From Obrimoposthia wandeli (lineage: Eukaryota), in NCBI GenBank assembly GCA_977020255.1, contig CDROCS010002637.1, positions 1-64,000 of the forward strand: a stretch of 64,000 nt of DNA. Direction: 5' to 3'. This document shows, in pieces, positions 20,496 through 30,387 of the stretch. Every line of letters begins with the position of its first letter. Position 1 is the stretch's first letter. The position numbers were made by a program, and so were the translations under genes. The notes beneath the pieces are model-generated. The model did no database searches, was not told the origin of the DNA, and saw only the letters and a list, made by a program, of their open reading frames with translations.

Positions 20496-21609
20496 ATAGT
20501 TGCTCCTGTTTCTGGTACAAAAAATCTAGGTGTCTATTGGGTTTTGCTGCTAAGAAGTCGATCAGGCATTGACAGATAGCGGGAGCCAGTAAATAACCAT
20601 GGCGAAATAATCCGTTGATTGAAATGTGCTGCTCGCGTTGCATAATACGCGGCATATTATCGGTCAGAGCAGGGCGAAGATTGGTGGTTTGTGAGGTAAT
20701 ACGTGCTTCAGCAAAAGCGGGATTAATACTGTAGAGCGCGCTGCAAAGTTCGAGCATGGACTGCACGCTTACAGGTGATCTATCTTCGCTTTCAATTTGG
20801 GTCGCACCAATCACAAAATGCTGCGCAGGCTTAGGGGCGATATAAAGCTGGTAACGGGGATGCATTAGGCGTACTGGGCGCGACAAGGTAACATCATTAG
20901 TGTGTACCGTGAGTACTTCACCACGCACCCCTCGAATACCCGGTAATTGAGCTTTAGCGCCTACACCGCGACAATCAAGAACGAGGTCGTGTGCTCGCGA
21001 TTGATCTTTAAAAGTGATTACATTATTTTTTACCTGGACAGGTTGATTGTCTAAGTAAGTCACGCCTAATTGCTTGCTCTGGATGAGTAACTCAGCGAGT
21101 AGTTGGTGGTTGTCTACTTGGCCCTCTTCCGGTAGGAATAGGCCCTGCTGGATGTTGGCGCAAATGTCGGGCTCTAGTTGGCTAATGCCGGCGCGATCGA
21201 GTACTTCAAATTGTGCGCCAACGCTGCGTTTTAGCTGTTCCACTTTACGGGTGAAATGCGATAATTCAGCGTTATCTTGACGGTGACAAACAACTAAGCT
21301 TCCTTTGTGCTGATACATGATAGGAGTGTTTGTATGGCTGTTTAATTCGTCAATAATACTAGGCCAAAGCACTAGAGAGTCTGCACCTAGATGGTATATT
21401 TGCAGGTCGTCCTCAACGGATTCTGATATAGGGGCGATCATACCAGCTGCCGTAAAGGCGGCAGCGGACATGTTTTCGATGGATGTGGTTAATTTATCCG
21501 CTTCATAAGCAGTCACATTGTAGTTTAATTTGACTAGTTGCCAGGCGAGTAACCTGCCAAGTAAGCCTGCGCCGACAATTGCGATGTCAGTGTTAGGGCG
21601 ATTACTCAT
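20482..21609 (-). CDS. thiO: Glycine oxidase ThiO
   Basis: GAGLLG FAD motif, AAGMIAPISE, RPVRLMHPRYQLYI, NLRPAL, NGLFRHGYLLAP. Confidence 0.9.
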   Translation of the reverse strand: MSNRPNTDIAIVGAGLLGRLLAWQLVKLNYNVTAYEADKLTTSIENMSAAAFTAAGMIAPISESVEDDLQIYHLGADSLVLWPSIIDELNSHTNTPIMYQHKGSLVVCHRQDNAELSHFTRKVEQLKRSVGAQFEVLDRAGISQLEPDICANIQQGLFLPEEGQVDNHQLLAELLIQSKQLGVTYLDNQPVQVKNNVITFKDQSRAHDLVLDCRGVGAKAQLPGIRGVRGEVLTVHTNDVTLSRPVRLMHPRYQLYIAPKPAQHFVIGATQIESEDRSPVSVQSMLELCSALYSINPAFAEARITSQTTNLRPALTDNMPRIMQREQHISINGLFRHGYLLAPAICQCLIDFLAAKPNRHLDFLYQKQEQLYAND

Positions 21610-21713
21610 TTAGTATAAATTGACGAGGGTAAAGAAAATTATGCATGATGCCGCCCTATTTGAAGGTCAAAGGGAGCGTGAGCGCGGTTAAATGAGGAGT
21701 TTATTTATCGCGT

Positions 21714-21802
21714 TCTCGTTCCCTACGCGAGTATTAGCTCGATCAGGTTCAACGGGACATGGCATAGCCAATCTCAGCCCGATTAAGGCGCCCCGACAAG
21801 AA
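21714..21802 (-). ncRNA. TPP (thi-box) riboswitch
   Basis: Minus strand reads TTCTTGTCGGGGCGCC..GCTGAGAT..CCCGTTGAACCTGATCGAGCTAATACTCGCGTAGGGAACGAGAA, matching the TPP consensus, about 105 nt upstream of thiO. Confidence 0.95.
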
Positions 21803-22026
21803 TGGCTGAAGTCTATTATCTGTTATAGGCGCTGGCAAGGGCTTAAAGGGGATTTTTTGTAATCATTGGCCTTTGCTGTGACGGGCAGCACCAATCGACA
21901 AAAAGTCACAGATCCAGAAAGTGAAAATTATGCATAGCGATGTTGTTTTTAGTTATATGCTTATTACTAAATGTGATAAATTGTGGCGAGTAATGATGAA
22001 GTTTAATTAACTGGAAGAGGAATAGC

Positions 22027-23040
22027 ATGAAAGGGAAATTACAGGCAGCATTGGACAAGTTCAACGCAGTGCCCAGAGTGGATATTACTCATCAACCAAC
22101 CTTGTTAGAAAAAGCGCCGCGTCTGTCAGAGCATTTAGGATGTCAGCTCTATTTCAAACGGGATGATTGTACCGGCCTTGCTGGTGGCGGTAACAAAGCA
22201 CGTAAGCTTGAATATATTATCGCGCAAGCCCAATTGGCAGGTGCAGATACGTTAGTAACGCTCGGTGGTATGCAGTCAAATCACGCTAGGCAAACAGCCG
22301 CAGCGGCGGCCAAATTTGGTTTTGAATGCCACTTGGTACTTGAGGATGTGGCAGGATCGCCCAAAGAAGATTTCTTTAATAATGGCAATGCTCTGCTTGA
22401 TAACTTGCTGGGCGCGACGATTCATCAGATAGAGCTAGGCTGTGATATTAAAGAACGTGGCCAGCAATTGATGGATCAGTTAACGAAGCAGGGCAAGAAG
22501 CCTTTTTTCGTCCCTATTGGCGGCTCCAGTGTGCATGGTAGTTTAGGGTATGTCCGCTGTGCGTTAGAGTTGTTGGCACAGCTAGAGCAGCAAAATATAG
22601 AATTGGATCAGATTGTTTTAGCCACAGGTAGCGCGGGTACCCAGGCGGGTCTTTTGGCGGGCTTGATTTTGGCTGGTAGTGATATTGCAGTATTGGGGGT
22701 CAGTGTTAGTCGTGATCAGGAAGAGCAAGAGGCACTAGTAAGTGCTCTGCTAGAAGATGTTTTATGCTTTTTGGGTTTGCCTGCCTCTCTGGCCAAAAAT
22801 AGAGTGATCGCAAATGGTAACTATTATAAGAGTTATGGTGTTTGCACTGAGCAGATGTTGGCGGCGGTTCGCTGCTGTGCCACAAAAGAGGGGATATTGC
22901 TAGACCCTGTTTACACAGGCAAGGGGATGGCTGGATTGATTGATTTGATTGAGAAGGGTGAAATTACCCGTCATAGTCGGCAGCTTTTTCTGCATACAGG
23001 CGGTAGTCAGGGGTTATTTGCCTATCGGGAGGTCTTTTAA
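22027..23040 (+). CDS. dcyD: D-cysteine desulfhydrase family PLP enzyme
   Basis: KRDDCTGLAGGGNKARKLEY, QSNHARQTAAAA, LDPVYTGKG, HTGG. Confidence 0.88.
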   Translation: MKGKLQAALDKFNAVPRVDITHQPTLLEKAPRLSEHLGCQLYFKRDDCTGLAGGGNKARKLEYIIAQAQLAGADTLVTLGGMQSNHARQTAAAAAKFGFECHLVLEDVAGSPKEDFFNNGNALLDNLLGATIHQIELGCDIKERGQQLMDQLTKQGKKPFFVPIGGSSVHGSLGYVRCALELLAQLEQQNIELDQIVLATGSAGTQAGLLAGLILAGSDIAVLGVSVSRDQEEQEALVSALLEDVLCFLGLPASLAKNRVIANGNYYKSYGVCTEQMLAAVRCCATKEGILLDPVYTGKGMAGLIDLIEKGEITRHSRQLFLHTGGSQGLFAYREVF

Positions 23041-23123
23041 ACAGTTAGTGAGCAAGATATTAATGGGTAAATATAAGCGCACGAGCGAATATGATAGTGC
23101 GCTCTATATCTGAGCATCTGCAG

Positions 23124-23312
23124 TCATTTTGATTTTTTAGGGTTTCGAGTGTTTTTCTTTTTCTTGAAGATGCTCAGTAATTTCTCTTTGGCGCTTTTTT
23201 CAGTAGGCAGTGCTCGCTCGAATTGCTGCTGCATTTGTTCAGCGCGGGCTTCTTTTTCTTTGTGTTTGGCTTTGTGCTGCTGGGATTTAAAATCGACAAC
23301 ATTATCTTTCAT
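23124..23312 (-). CDS. Small basic hypothetical protein (62 aa; MKDNVVDFK...)
   Basis: ATG at 23312 inside ORF 23124..23417; the longer start overlaps the upstream terminator hairpin; NVVDF start and Lys-rich tail. Confidence 0.65.
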   Translation of the reverse strand: MKDNVVDFKSQQHKAKHKEKEARAEQMQQQFERALPTEKSAKEKLLSIFKKKKNTRNPKKSK

Positions 23313-23407
23313 TTGACTGTTACCAAATATAATACAATTGAAGCTTATCATACCGAGTGAGCGGTGGTTTGTCTGCATTTGAGGAGGTGAAGCTGAGTTG
23401 ATAAAAT

Positions 23408-23449
23408 AATCGAGCACTCACCTAATAAGATGGAGGCAAGTGCTCGATT
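23408..23449 (-). terminator. Hairpin after the DUF5610 gene
   Basis: AATCGAGCACT (23408-23418) / AGTGCTCGATT (23439-23449), followed on the minus strand by TATTTTAT. Confidence 0.6.
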
Positions 23450-23455
23450 GAAAGC

Positions 23456-24604
23456 TTAAAGGTTATTAGTCTGCTGGTTTTGTAGACTAGTGATAACCTC
23501 TTTAATTATGTTTAGACCTTTATTGAATATATCTTGCTGCTTGTCATCTGCTTCTAGGTAGCGATTGTCTTGTTGTACTAAACTATCTAGGATCTGTTGA
23601 CTAATGCTGGCGACGTTATCGAGGAAGTCTAGCGCTGGTCGCTGTGTTGCCTGTTCGAAATTGTTAAATAGATGACCGGCGAGTTTGCCAACATTGGCAT
23701 CGTTATTGTTTTGCACGCTGCGATAGCTTGATGCCGCGCTGTATTCCTGGCTGCGAGTGAGCTGTAGGCTCATGGATGCCAATTCAGTTTTATCCATTTT
23801 AAATTCAGTCGCAATTTCAAAAGCCTTTTGCACATCCCCGTTAAAAAACTCTTCAGAAATCTCGCCAACATCTTGAATTAATTTATTGATAGCAGCTATT
23901 TCGTCTTCGTCCAAATCGCCCTGAATTTGGAATTGCATGGAACTGCTTTGACTCTGAGATAGGCTGAAAGCCGCACTGCTATTACCATTGCCATCACTAG
24001 TAGCCGCAAAGGCGCTCTGTGCACTGCTTTGATTGGCAAATAAAATTTTAACGGTATCACCATCTTGAGTTTTAAGGTCAAGTGAAAACGTTTCTGACTG
24101 ACTAAAGCGTTCTGCTGTGGCGACTTGATAATTACCAGAAAGGGAAGGGCTGTTATTACCGTTATTGGCATTGGCGGGATTGATTTCTGCCAGTGCCTGG
24201 AATGTTAAGTCTTCCGTCTCGCCTATCATGCTTGAAATATCATCGCTAAGCAGGCTTAGATTTTCGAGGATTTCACGCGCTTCGGCAAATCCTTTTTCAA
24301 CGCCTCTGACCGCGGCATCGTATTTACTTTGGATTTCGGCTTCGCTGCGCCCTTCGTTGCGGGCGTTTTGTAAGCCTTGAGAGACAAAATTAGCAATTCG
24401 GCCAGCAATTTTTTCAGCGCTGAACTCATTTTCACTGAGGTCTTTTACATCGCTGACGCCCATATTTGGAACGTTTTTGGCTAAGCGAGCAAGTAAGGCG
24501 TCGCTAGCAGTGCCTTTTGGGTTTTGCTCGGCACTGGCGTTGATACTGCTAAATTCACTCTGTAGGTGAGTGTACGAAATATTGGAAGAAAAAGAATTAA
24601 TCAT
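23456..24604 (-). CDS. DUF5610-like domain protein
   Basis: FSAEKIAGRIANFV..GVEKGFAEAREIL; LDLKTQDGDTVKI; FQIQGDLDEDEIAAINKLIQDV..EEFFNGDVQKAFE; GAGAGG RBS before ATG 24604. Confidence 0.78.
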   Translation of the reverse strand: MINSFSSNISYTHLQSEFSSINASAEQNPKGTASDALLARLAKNVPNMGVSDVKDLSENEFSAEKIAGRIANFVSQGLQNARNEGRSEAEIQSKYDAAVRGVEKGFAEAREILENLSLLSDDISSMIGETEDLTFQALAEINPANANNGNNSPSLSGNYQVATAERFSQSETFSLDLKTQDGDTVKILFANQSSAQSAFAATSDGNGNSSAAFSLSQSQSSSMQFQIQGDLDEDEIAAINKLIQDVGEISEEFFNGDVQKAFEIATEFKMDKTELASMSLQLTRSQEYSAASSYRSVQNNNDANVGKLAGHLFNNFEQATQRPALDFLDNVASISQQILDSLVQQDNRYLEADDKQQDIFNKGLNIIKEVITSLQNQQTNNL

Positions 24605-24637
24605 AATAGGCCCTCTCACTAAAATTGCTATTAATGT

Positions 24638-24664
24638 CTATCGGCTGTTATGAGTAAAAATTAA
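24638..24664 (-). promoter_or_regulatory. Sigma28 (FliA)-like promoter of the DUF5610 gene
   Basis: Minus strand TTAATTTT-N11-GCCGATAG versus consensus TAAAGTTT-N11-GCCGATAA (6/8 and 7/8 matches), 33 nt upstream of the ATG. Confidence 0.6.
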
Positions 24665-24885
24665 CCTTTTTTGATGGAAGAATCATTATTTATTAAAAAC
24701 GACTAAAAATTATTGCTTTTACTAGTGAAAATAGTGAGCTGTGATCTTGTTAATTATTTGATTTTTTCGTAGCCATATTCTAATGATTGGCGCATAATCG
24801 CCTGTTTTCTGCAGCTGATTGGGCTGTGGATGGGTAGGCCTATCATTGGGTCAGTTGTTAGTTTTTTGAATATAGAAGGGTTTCC

Positions 24886-25998
24886 ATGAAACGTGTAGGT
24901 TTTGTCGGTTGGCGCGGTATGGTAGGTTCTGTGTTAATGCAGCGCATGTTAGAGGAAGGTGATTTCGATCATATCGATGAGCCTGTTTTCTTTACCACAT
25001 CTCAAGTTGGGCAGGAGGGGCCAAAAATAGGTAAAACTATTCCCACCCTAAAAGATGCGACCGATATTAGCGAGCTTGCGACAATGGATGCCATTATATC
25101 GTGCCAGGGCGGGGATTATACTAAATCCGTGTACGCTCCATTGCGCGATTCGGGCTGGAAAGGCTATTGGATTGATGCGGCATCAACGCTTCGCATGGAA
25201 GATGAGAGCATTATTGCGCTGGATCCCATTAACCGTTCGGTCATTGATAAAGGCGTCGCTAGCGGCGTAAAAAGTTTCATTGGTGGCAATTGTACGGTTT
25301 CTCTTATGCTGATGGCGCTCGGTGGTTTGTTCAAGTCGGGCCACGTTGAATGGTTGACGTCTATGACCTATCAAGCAGCTTCTGGTGGCGGGGCGCAGCA
25401 CATGCGCGAGCTAATCAAGCAGATGGGCGTGATTAACGGCTCAGTTGCCGATCAGTTAGATTCAGGGTCGGCAATTTTAGGCCTTGATGAGAGTGTTTCA
25501 AAAATTTTGCGCAGCAGTGATATGCCCGTTGATAATTTTGGTGTTCCACTAGCCGGTAGCTTAATACCGTGGATCGATGCTGAGCTTGATAATGGCCAAA
25601 GCAGAGAAGAGTGGAAAGGCTTTGTAGAGACCAATAAAATTTTAGGAAAAAACAATACCCCTATTCCTATTGACGGCACTTGCGTGCGTATAGGTTCTAT
25701 GCGTTGCCACTCTCAGGCGTTCACCATAAAATTGAATAAAAATATCCCAATTAATGAAATCGAAGATATGATTGCGCAATCCAATCAATGGGTCAGTGTT
25801 GTGCCTAATCATCGTGACATCACGATGACAGAGTTAACGCCAGCTAAAGTGAATGGTACCTTGAGTGTTCCTGTTGGGCGCTTACGCAAGATGAATATGG
25901 GCGGCCAGTTCCTCAATGCTTTTAGCGTTGGCGACCAGTTGCTCTGGGGGGCTGCTGAGCCTCTACGTAGAATGCTGCGTATTCTCTTGCAGGCATAA
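24886..25998 (+). CDS. asd: Aspartate-semialdehyde dehydrogenase
   Basis: [50 protein letters not shown]. Confidence 0.96.
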   Translation: MKRVGFVGWRGMVGSVLMQRMLEEGDFDHIDEPVFFTTSQVGQEGPKIGKTIPTLKDATDISELATMDAIISCQGGDYTKSVYAPLRDSGWKGYWIDAASTLRMEDESIIALDPINRSVIDKGVASGVKSFIGGNCTVSLMLMALGGLFKSGHVEWLTSMTYQAASGGGAQHMRELIKQMGVINGSVADQLDSGSAILGLDESVSKILRSSDMPVDNFGVPLAGSLIPWIDAELDNGQSREEWKGFVETNKILGKNNTPIPIDGTCVRIGSMRCHSQAFTIKLNKNIPINEIEDMIAQSNQWVSVVPNHRDITMTELTPAKVNGTLSVPVGRLRKMNMGGQFLNAFSVGDQLLWGAAEPLRRMLRILLQA

Positions 25999-26017
25999 GA
26001 ATTAAAGAGATTGTCCG

Positions 26018-26044
26018 ACAGCCCGATTTATTCGGGCTGTTTTG
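26018..26044 (+). terminator. Intrinsic terminator after asd
   Basis: ACAGCCCGA-tttat-TCGGGCTGT followed by TTTT. Confidence 0.75.
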
Positions 26045-26119
26045 TGTCAGCATTATGGATGCTGAGCGATATAAAATTGGCGCGATTCAAGCTGAATGTT
26101 TTGTAAGTGAGAGAGATAG

Positions 26120-27142
26120 ATGGAAACTAAGTATAGCTTTGCTGTTGTAGGGGCGACTGGATTGGTCGGTGAGACTGTTATATCAATATTGGAAGAGCGT
26201 AAGTTTCCTATTGATACTTTGTACTTGCTTGCGAGCGAGCGTTCAGCAGGGGCTCGAATTCAGTTCGGTGATACGAGTGTTGTTGTTGTAGATATTGTCG
26301 ATTTTGATTTTTCCCAAGTGCAATTGGCTATTTTTTGCGCCGGCGGGGAAGTATCTAAACAATATGCGCCAATCGCAGCAGATGAGGGTTGTATCGTCAT
26401 TGATAATTCCAGTTATTTTCGTAATGAGTACGATGTGCCTTTGATTATTCCCGAGGTCAATCCCGATAGCCTAGTAAACTATAGTGCCCGCAACATTGTT
26501 GCCAACCCAAATTGCTCGACGATACAAATGTTGCTTGCGCTTGCGCCTATTCACCGTGAGGTGGGGATTGAGCGGATCAATGTGGCCACTTATCAAGCGG
26601 TTTCAGGTGCGGGAAAGAAAGGCATAGAGGAGCTGGCAAAGCAAACTGCCCAGCTTTTAAACGCAAGGGATGTTGAGGTTAACGAGTTTTCACAGCAGAT
26701 CGCGTTTAACGTTTTGCCGCATATTGATAGCTTTGAGGAAAATGGCTATACCCGCGAAGAAATGAAGATGCTTTGGGAGACACAGAAAATTTTAGAGGAT
26801 GAGTCTATTGCGGTGAATGCTACTTGTGTTCGTGTGCCGGTATTTCACGGACATAGTGAAGCGATTCATATTGATACAGCCGGTTATATGAGTGCAGAAG
26901 AAGTGCGTGCGGTGTTGGCCGAAGCTGATGGAGTAGAAGTGGAAGATGCTCCGCAGGCGCAAGGTTATGCAACAGCTGTCGGCAATGGTAGTGGCAGTGA
27001 TAAAGTTTTTGTCAGCCGAATTCGCGAGGATGTGAATGGTGGCAATGGTTTAAATATGTGGGTTGTCAGTGATAATGTGCGAAAAGGTGCTGCATTAAAT
27101 GCGGTACAAATTGCAGAGCTGTTAATTTCGGATTATCTATAA
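26120..27142 (+). CDS. Aspartate-semialdehyde dehydrogenase paralogue (Asd2/USG-1 type)
   Basis: VVGATGLVGE, IDNSSYFR, ANPNCSTIQM, SDNVRKGAALNAVQIAE. Confidence 0.9.
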   Translation: METKYSFAVVGATGLVGETVISILEERKFPIDTLYLLASERSAGARIQFGDTSVVVVDIVDFDFSQVQLAIFCAGGEVSKQYAPIAADEGCIVIDNSSYFRNEYDVPLIIPEVNPDSLVNYSARNIVANPNCSTIQMLLALAPIHREVGIERINVATYQAVSGAGKKGIEELAKQTAQLLNARDVEVNEFSQQIAFNVLPHIDSFEENGYTREEMKMLWETQKILEDESIAVNATCVRVPVFHGHSEAIHIDTAGYMSAEEVRAVLAEADGVEVEDAPQAQGYATAVGNGSGSDKVFVSRIREDVNGGNGLNMWVVSDNVRKGAALNAVQIAELLISDYL

Positions 27143-27607
27143 AGCTACCCAAAGTTGATTCAAAATGGAGGGAGGTTATGTACGATGATAAGAAGCCTTC
27201 CTTTGCCTGTGTATGTCTGTCATGAAGAATGGGTGTCGGATGGTCTTTTAGGGCGTTATCTGCATTCCACCATTGCTTGATGGCCTCGCTCTATTTATCT
27301 CTTGCGCGTTATCAAGGTATAGTTTTTTGTCTGATTGTCGATAAGATAACGTAAATGCTTTTTTAAATTAGAATAAACGGATAGAAAAATTATGCACTTG
27401 TTTCAAAGTCTTGCTATAAATTAAAGATAGCAGGCTCTTTTATTGACCTGTGTAAGTGAAATGGGTATCGTCTATTCTTCAATTTTTGTAACCTATTGAT
27501 TTACATAAATGTGCAGGGATACGTTTTTAAGTGCCGCTAAATGGGTCCTGCTAGAGTGCTTGCTGAGTGCTCGGGCAGAGGTTGACAGTTTTCAAGGGAA
27601 AGTATAA

Positions 27608-30364
27608 ATGCTTCGCAAACTCGGAATAAGTGTTGCTATTGCAAGTGCTGTAATGGTTCAAAATGTCAATGCATTGGGAATGGGTGAAATTCGAGTAAGA
27701 TCCGCATTGAACGAACCTTTATATGCAGAAATTCAGTTGTTGCAGGTCAAAAACCTCAGTCCTCTGCAGATTAAATCCCGGCTGGCTGATCTCAATGATT
27801 TTGCGCTTGCAAACCTGGCTACTCAACGCGCGTTATCCGATGTGCGTTTTCAAGTTCGTGTTAACCGAAACGGTACTGGTCGAGTGATTTTGACGTCTAA
27901 GCTGCCCGTCACCGAGCCATTCATGAATTTCCTGGTTGAGGTTAATTGGCCAAGTGGCAGGCTGGTGCGCGAATATACTTTGCTGCTTGATCCGCCTTCT
28001 TATAATGCCCAGCAGAATGATCGAAACTATCAGCAGCCAGCACAGCAGGCGGCGGCGCCGAAGCCAAGAATCAGTGCCGTTAATAAGCCAAAGATCCCAG
28101 CAGTAGTAGCAAAGCGCTCAGGCGGACCTGAGTTAAAGCCGGGCCAATATTATATTCGATCAAAAGATACACTATGGGATATCGCTGTCTCGAATAAGCC
28201 TGATGCGAGTGTTTCTTCGCGCCAGATGATGGTGCTTATCCAGCGTAAAAATCCACACGCATTTCCCTCTGCTAATATCAATATGATGAAGGCGAAGCAA
28301 ATAATAGAATTGCCGACCAAAGAAGAGTTGGCGACGTTAAGTGCTGCAGATGCAAATAAGGAAGTGCAGCGCCAAACAAGGTTGTGGAATGCGGGCTTGG
28401 TCCCAGCTATAGCGCCGGTCAGTGATGCGGTTGCAGCGCCTGTGGTAGAGCAAACTATCCCAGCCAAGAACAAAGATGAAGTCGTAAAGAAAGCAGAGGA
28501 AATGGCGCCCGAGCAGAAGCCTGAAGAGGAAATGTCTGCTGAGGAAAAAATGGTTAAGGCCATGGATTCTAAAGCAAAAGAAATAGCAGAGAGTGTGCCT
28601 GAAAAAGGCGTTCTTAATGTGGTGGCCCCTGACGATAAAAAAGACAAGACCGATGTTCCCTCGACTGATCAAACAGCATCCTTGGCTTCTTCTAAAGATT
28701 CAAAGCAAATCGCTGAACTACTAAAAAATAACGCTGAATTGGATACTAAGCTTGCGCTGTCTCAAGAGTCAATTGATCAGTTGCAGCGAAGTGGAAGCGA
28801 GCTCAATAAGAAGCTTGAAACGATGGCTAAGCAGCTTGAAGATATTAGTCGTCTAATTATGTTAAAGGATGAGCAGCTGACTGCTTTTCAGCAAGAGCGA
28901 GACGACGCGGAACAGGCGTTCGAAATGGCAGAGAAAGCTCTGCGAGAAAAGAGCTGGTTAGATAAGTTGCTTGAGAGCCCTGCACAATTAGCTGCATTGA
29001 TTGTAGGCTGGCTGCTGGCTATTGGTGCGGGTGTCATGCTGCTGTTACGTCGTAAAAAAAGTGATAGTGATGAGAATGGGGTGTCTGAAAAAAGTGAGCC
29101 CTCCATTAGTTTGCCGGACAATGTGATAGAGGAAGAGCTTGATGAATTGCAAAGTTTGGGTGCAGATGAGGCATTGCCTACTAGTACCGATGACGATGGT
29201 TTAGATGATGATTTAGCAGATCTGGGGGACGTCGACGATTTAGATCTTGATCTTGACTTAGATCTGGATATGGACCTTGATCTCGATGAGAGTCTTGAGG
29301 CGCCCATGATGGATGAGCCATCTATTGATAGTGGGGAAGAGACGGAAGATGATTTAGCTGCAGAGCTCGATGCCCAGCTAGAAGGTGAAGATGACGATGA
29401 TGATTTGCTTGAAGGTATCGATAGTTTAGATTTTGACTTGGGTGATGTAGAAGAGCTTGAAACAAGTGATGCGATGGATGAAGAAGCGCAAGCTAGGGCT
29501 TTTTCCGAGCTAGCAGGGGTCATGGATGAAGAGTCGGCGGATGAAGATTCTACAGTAGAAGAGTTGACTGCGGACCTCGAAGATCTAGATATTGATCTAG
29601 CGGAAGATGATGAGCTTGATGAGTTGCCATTAGAAGAGATGCAGGGCCTACCGGATGAAGAGCTTTCTCTCGAAGAGACCGATCTAGATGGCGAGGTGTC
29701 TGTAGAAGAAATGGAAATGGATATTTCTGAACTGCAAGATGAAGCGATTTCTCTAGAGGATTTAGAGGCGGATGAGCTGCTATCTGAGATGTCCTCGGAC
29801 GACCTTGATATCGAAACGGAGGAAGTTGCAGAGCCGGCAGAGCTTAGTTTAGAAGATGAGTTGCTGGAGCAATTTTCGCTGTCAACAGATGACGAGGATG
29901 AGTCGGCTGATCCGGAGGATGATGAGTTTTCTTTGGACAGCGCGGCCATGGATATAGAAGATGACGAAGAAGAGATTCCAATGGATGGGGGTCTGGATGA
30001 ATTATTATCCTTAGAGGATGATGATTTGCTTGAGCCTGAAGTAGATTTTACAGGAATAGCAGATGAGTCTTTGCCAGTATCAGAGGTTGAGGTCTTAGAC
30101 AGTGAAATAGACGACCTACTAAACAGTACTGATGATGATATAGCCTTAGATGAAATACAGCCGGCTTTAGATACCGATACAGAAGATGCTATGGATTTTC
30201 TCGCCGGTGAAGATGGGGTCCAGATGAAGTTGGATCTTGCCAGAGCTTATATCGAAATGGGTGATGATGCCGGCGCCACTGAGATAATTGAAGAAGTCTT
30301 ACAAGATGCTGATGCGCAGCAGCGAGAAGAGGCGCAAAATATGTTGGATAAATTAAAATCTTAA
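27608..30364 (+). CDS. fimV: FimV/HubP polar landmark protein
   Basis: ALGMGEIRVRSALNEPL, EVNWPSGRLVREYTLLLDPP, LysM (DTLWDIA), coiled coil, one TM, long Asp/Glu tract, KLDLARAYIEMGDDAGATEIIEEV C-domain. Confidence 0.93.
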   Translation: MLRKLGISVAIASAVMVQNVNALGMGEIRVRSALNEPLYAEIQLLQVKNLSPLQIKSRLADLNDFALANLATQRALSDVRFQVRVNRNGTGRVILTSKLPVTEPFMNFLVEVNWPSGRLVREYTLLLDPPSYNAQQNDRNYQQPAQQAAAPKPRISAVNKPKIPAVVAKRSGGPELKPGQYYIRSKDTLWDIAVSNKPDASVSSRQMMVLIQRKNPHAFPSANINMMKAKQIIELPTKEELATLSAADANKEVQRQTRLWNAGLVPAIAPVSDAVAAPVVEQTIPAKNKDEVVKKAEEMAPEQKPEEEMSAEEKMVKAMDSKAKEIAESVPEKGVLNVVAPDDKKDKTDVPSTDQTASLASSKDSKQIAELLKNNAELDTKLALSQESIDQLQRSGSELNKKLETMAKQLEDISRLIMLKDEQLTAFQQERDDAEQAFEMAEKALREKSWLDKLLESPAQLAALIVGWLLAIGAGVMLLLRRKKSDSDENGVSEKSEPSISLPDNVIEEELDELQSLGADEALPTSTDDDGLDDDLADLGDVDDLDLDLDLDLDMDLDLDESLEAPMMDEPSIDSGEETEDDLAAELDAQLEGEDDDDDLLEGIDSLDFDLGDVEELETSDAMDEEAQARAFSELAGVMDEESADEDSTVEELTADLEDLDIDLAEDDELDELPLEEMQGLPDEELSLEETDLDGEVSVEEMEMDISELQDEAISLEDLEADELLSEMSSDDLDIETEEVAEPAELSLEDELLEQFSLSTDDEDESADPEDDEFSLDSAAMDIEDDEEEIPMDGGLDELLSLEDDDLLEPEVDFTGIADESLPVSEVEVLDSEIDDLLNSTDDDIALDEIQPALDTDTEDAMDFLAGEDGVQMKLDLARAYIEMGDDAGATEIIEEVLQDADAQQREEAQNMLDKLKS

Positions 30365-30387
30365 CTAAGAGTGATTAGGGGTTTCGT

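Noticed and set aside
22027-23040. Possible ACC deaminase
   Set aside because: Has DPVYTGK and HTGG, whereas true ACC deaminases have DPVYEGK and HLGG; fits D-cysteine desulfhydrase.
24886-27142. Two tandem asd-like genes
   Set aside because: asd plus asd2/usg before fimV-truA is a known conserved arrangement, as in Pseudomonas.
21634-27396. Recurrent AAAATTATGCA at about 21635, 21924 and 27386
   Set aside because: AT-rich 11-mer in intergenic DNA with no dyad or functional link between the genes; insufficient support.
27496-27509. TTGAT-N4-ATAAA FNR/Anr-like box upstream of fimV
   Set aside because: One mismatch in an AT-rich region; too likely by chance without conservation data.
28888-29949. 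353-aa Ser-rich minus-strand ORF (also 28150..28647 and 28337..28672)
   Set aside because: Antisense shadow of the Asp/Glu-rich FimV codons (GAT/GAA read as TCA/TTC-type codons); no RBS or family evidence.
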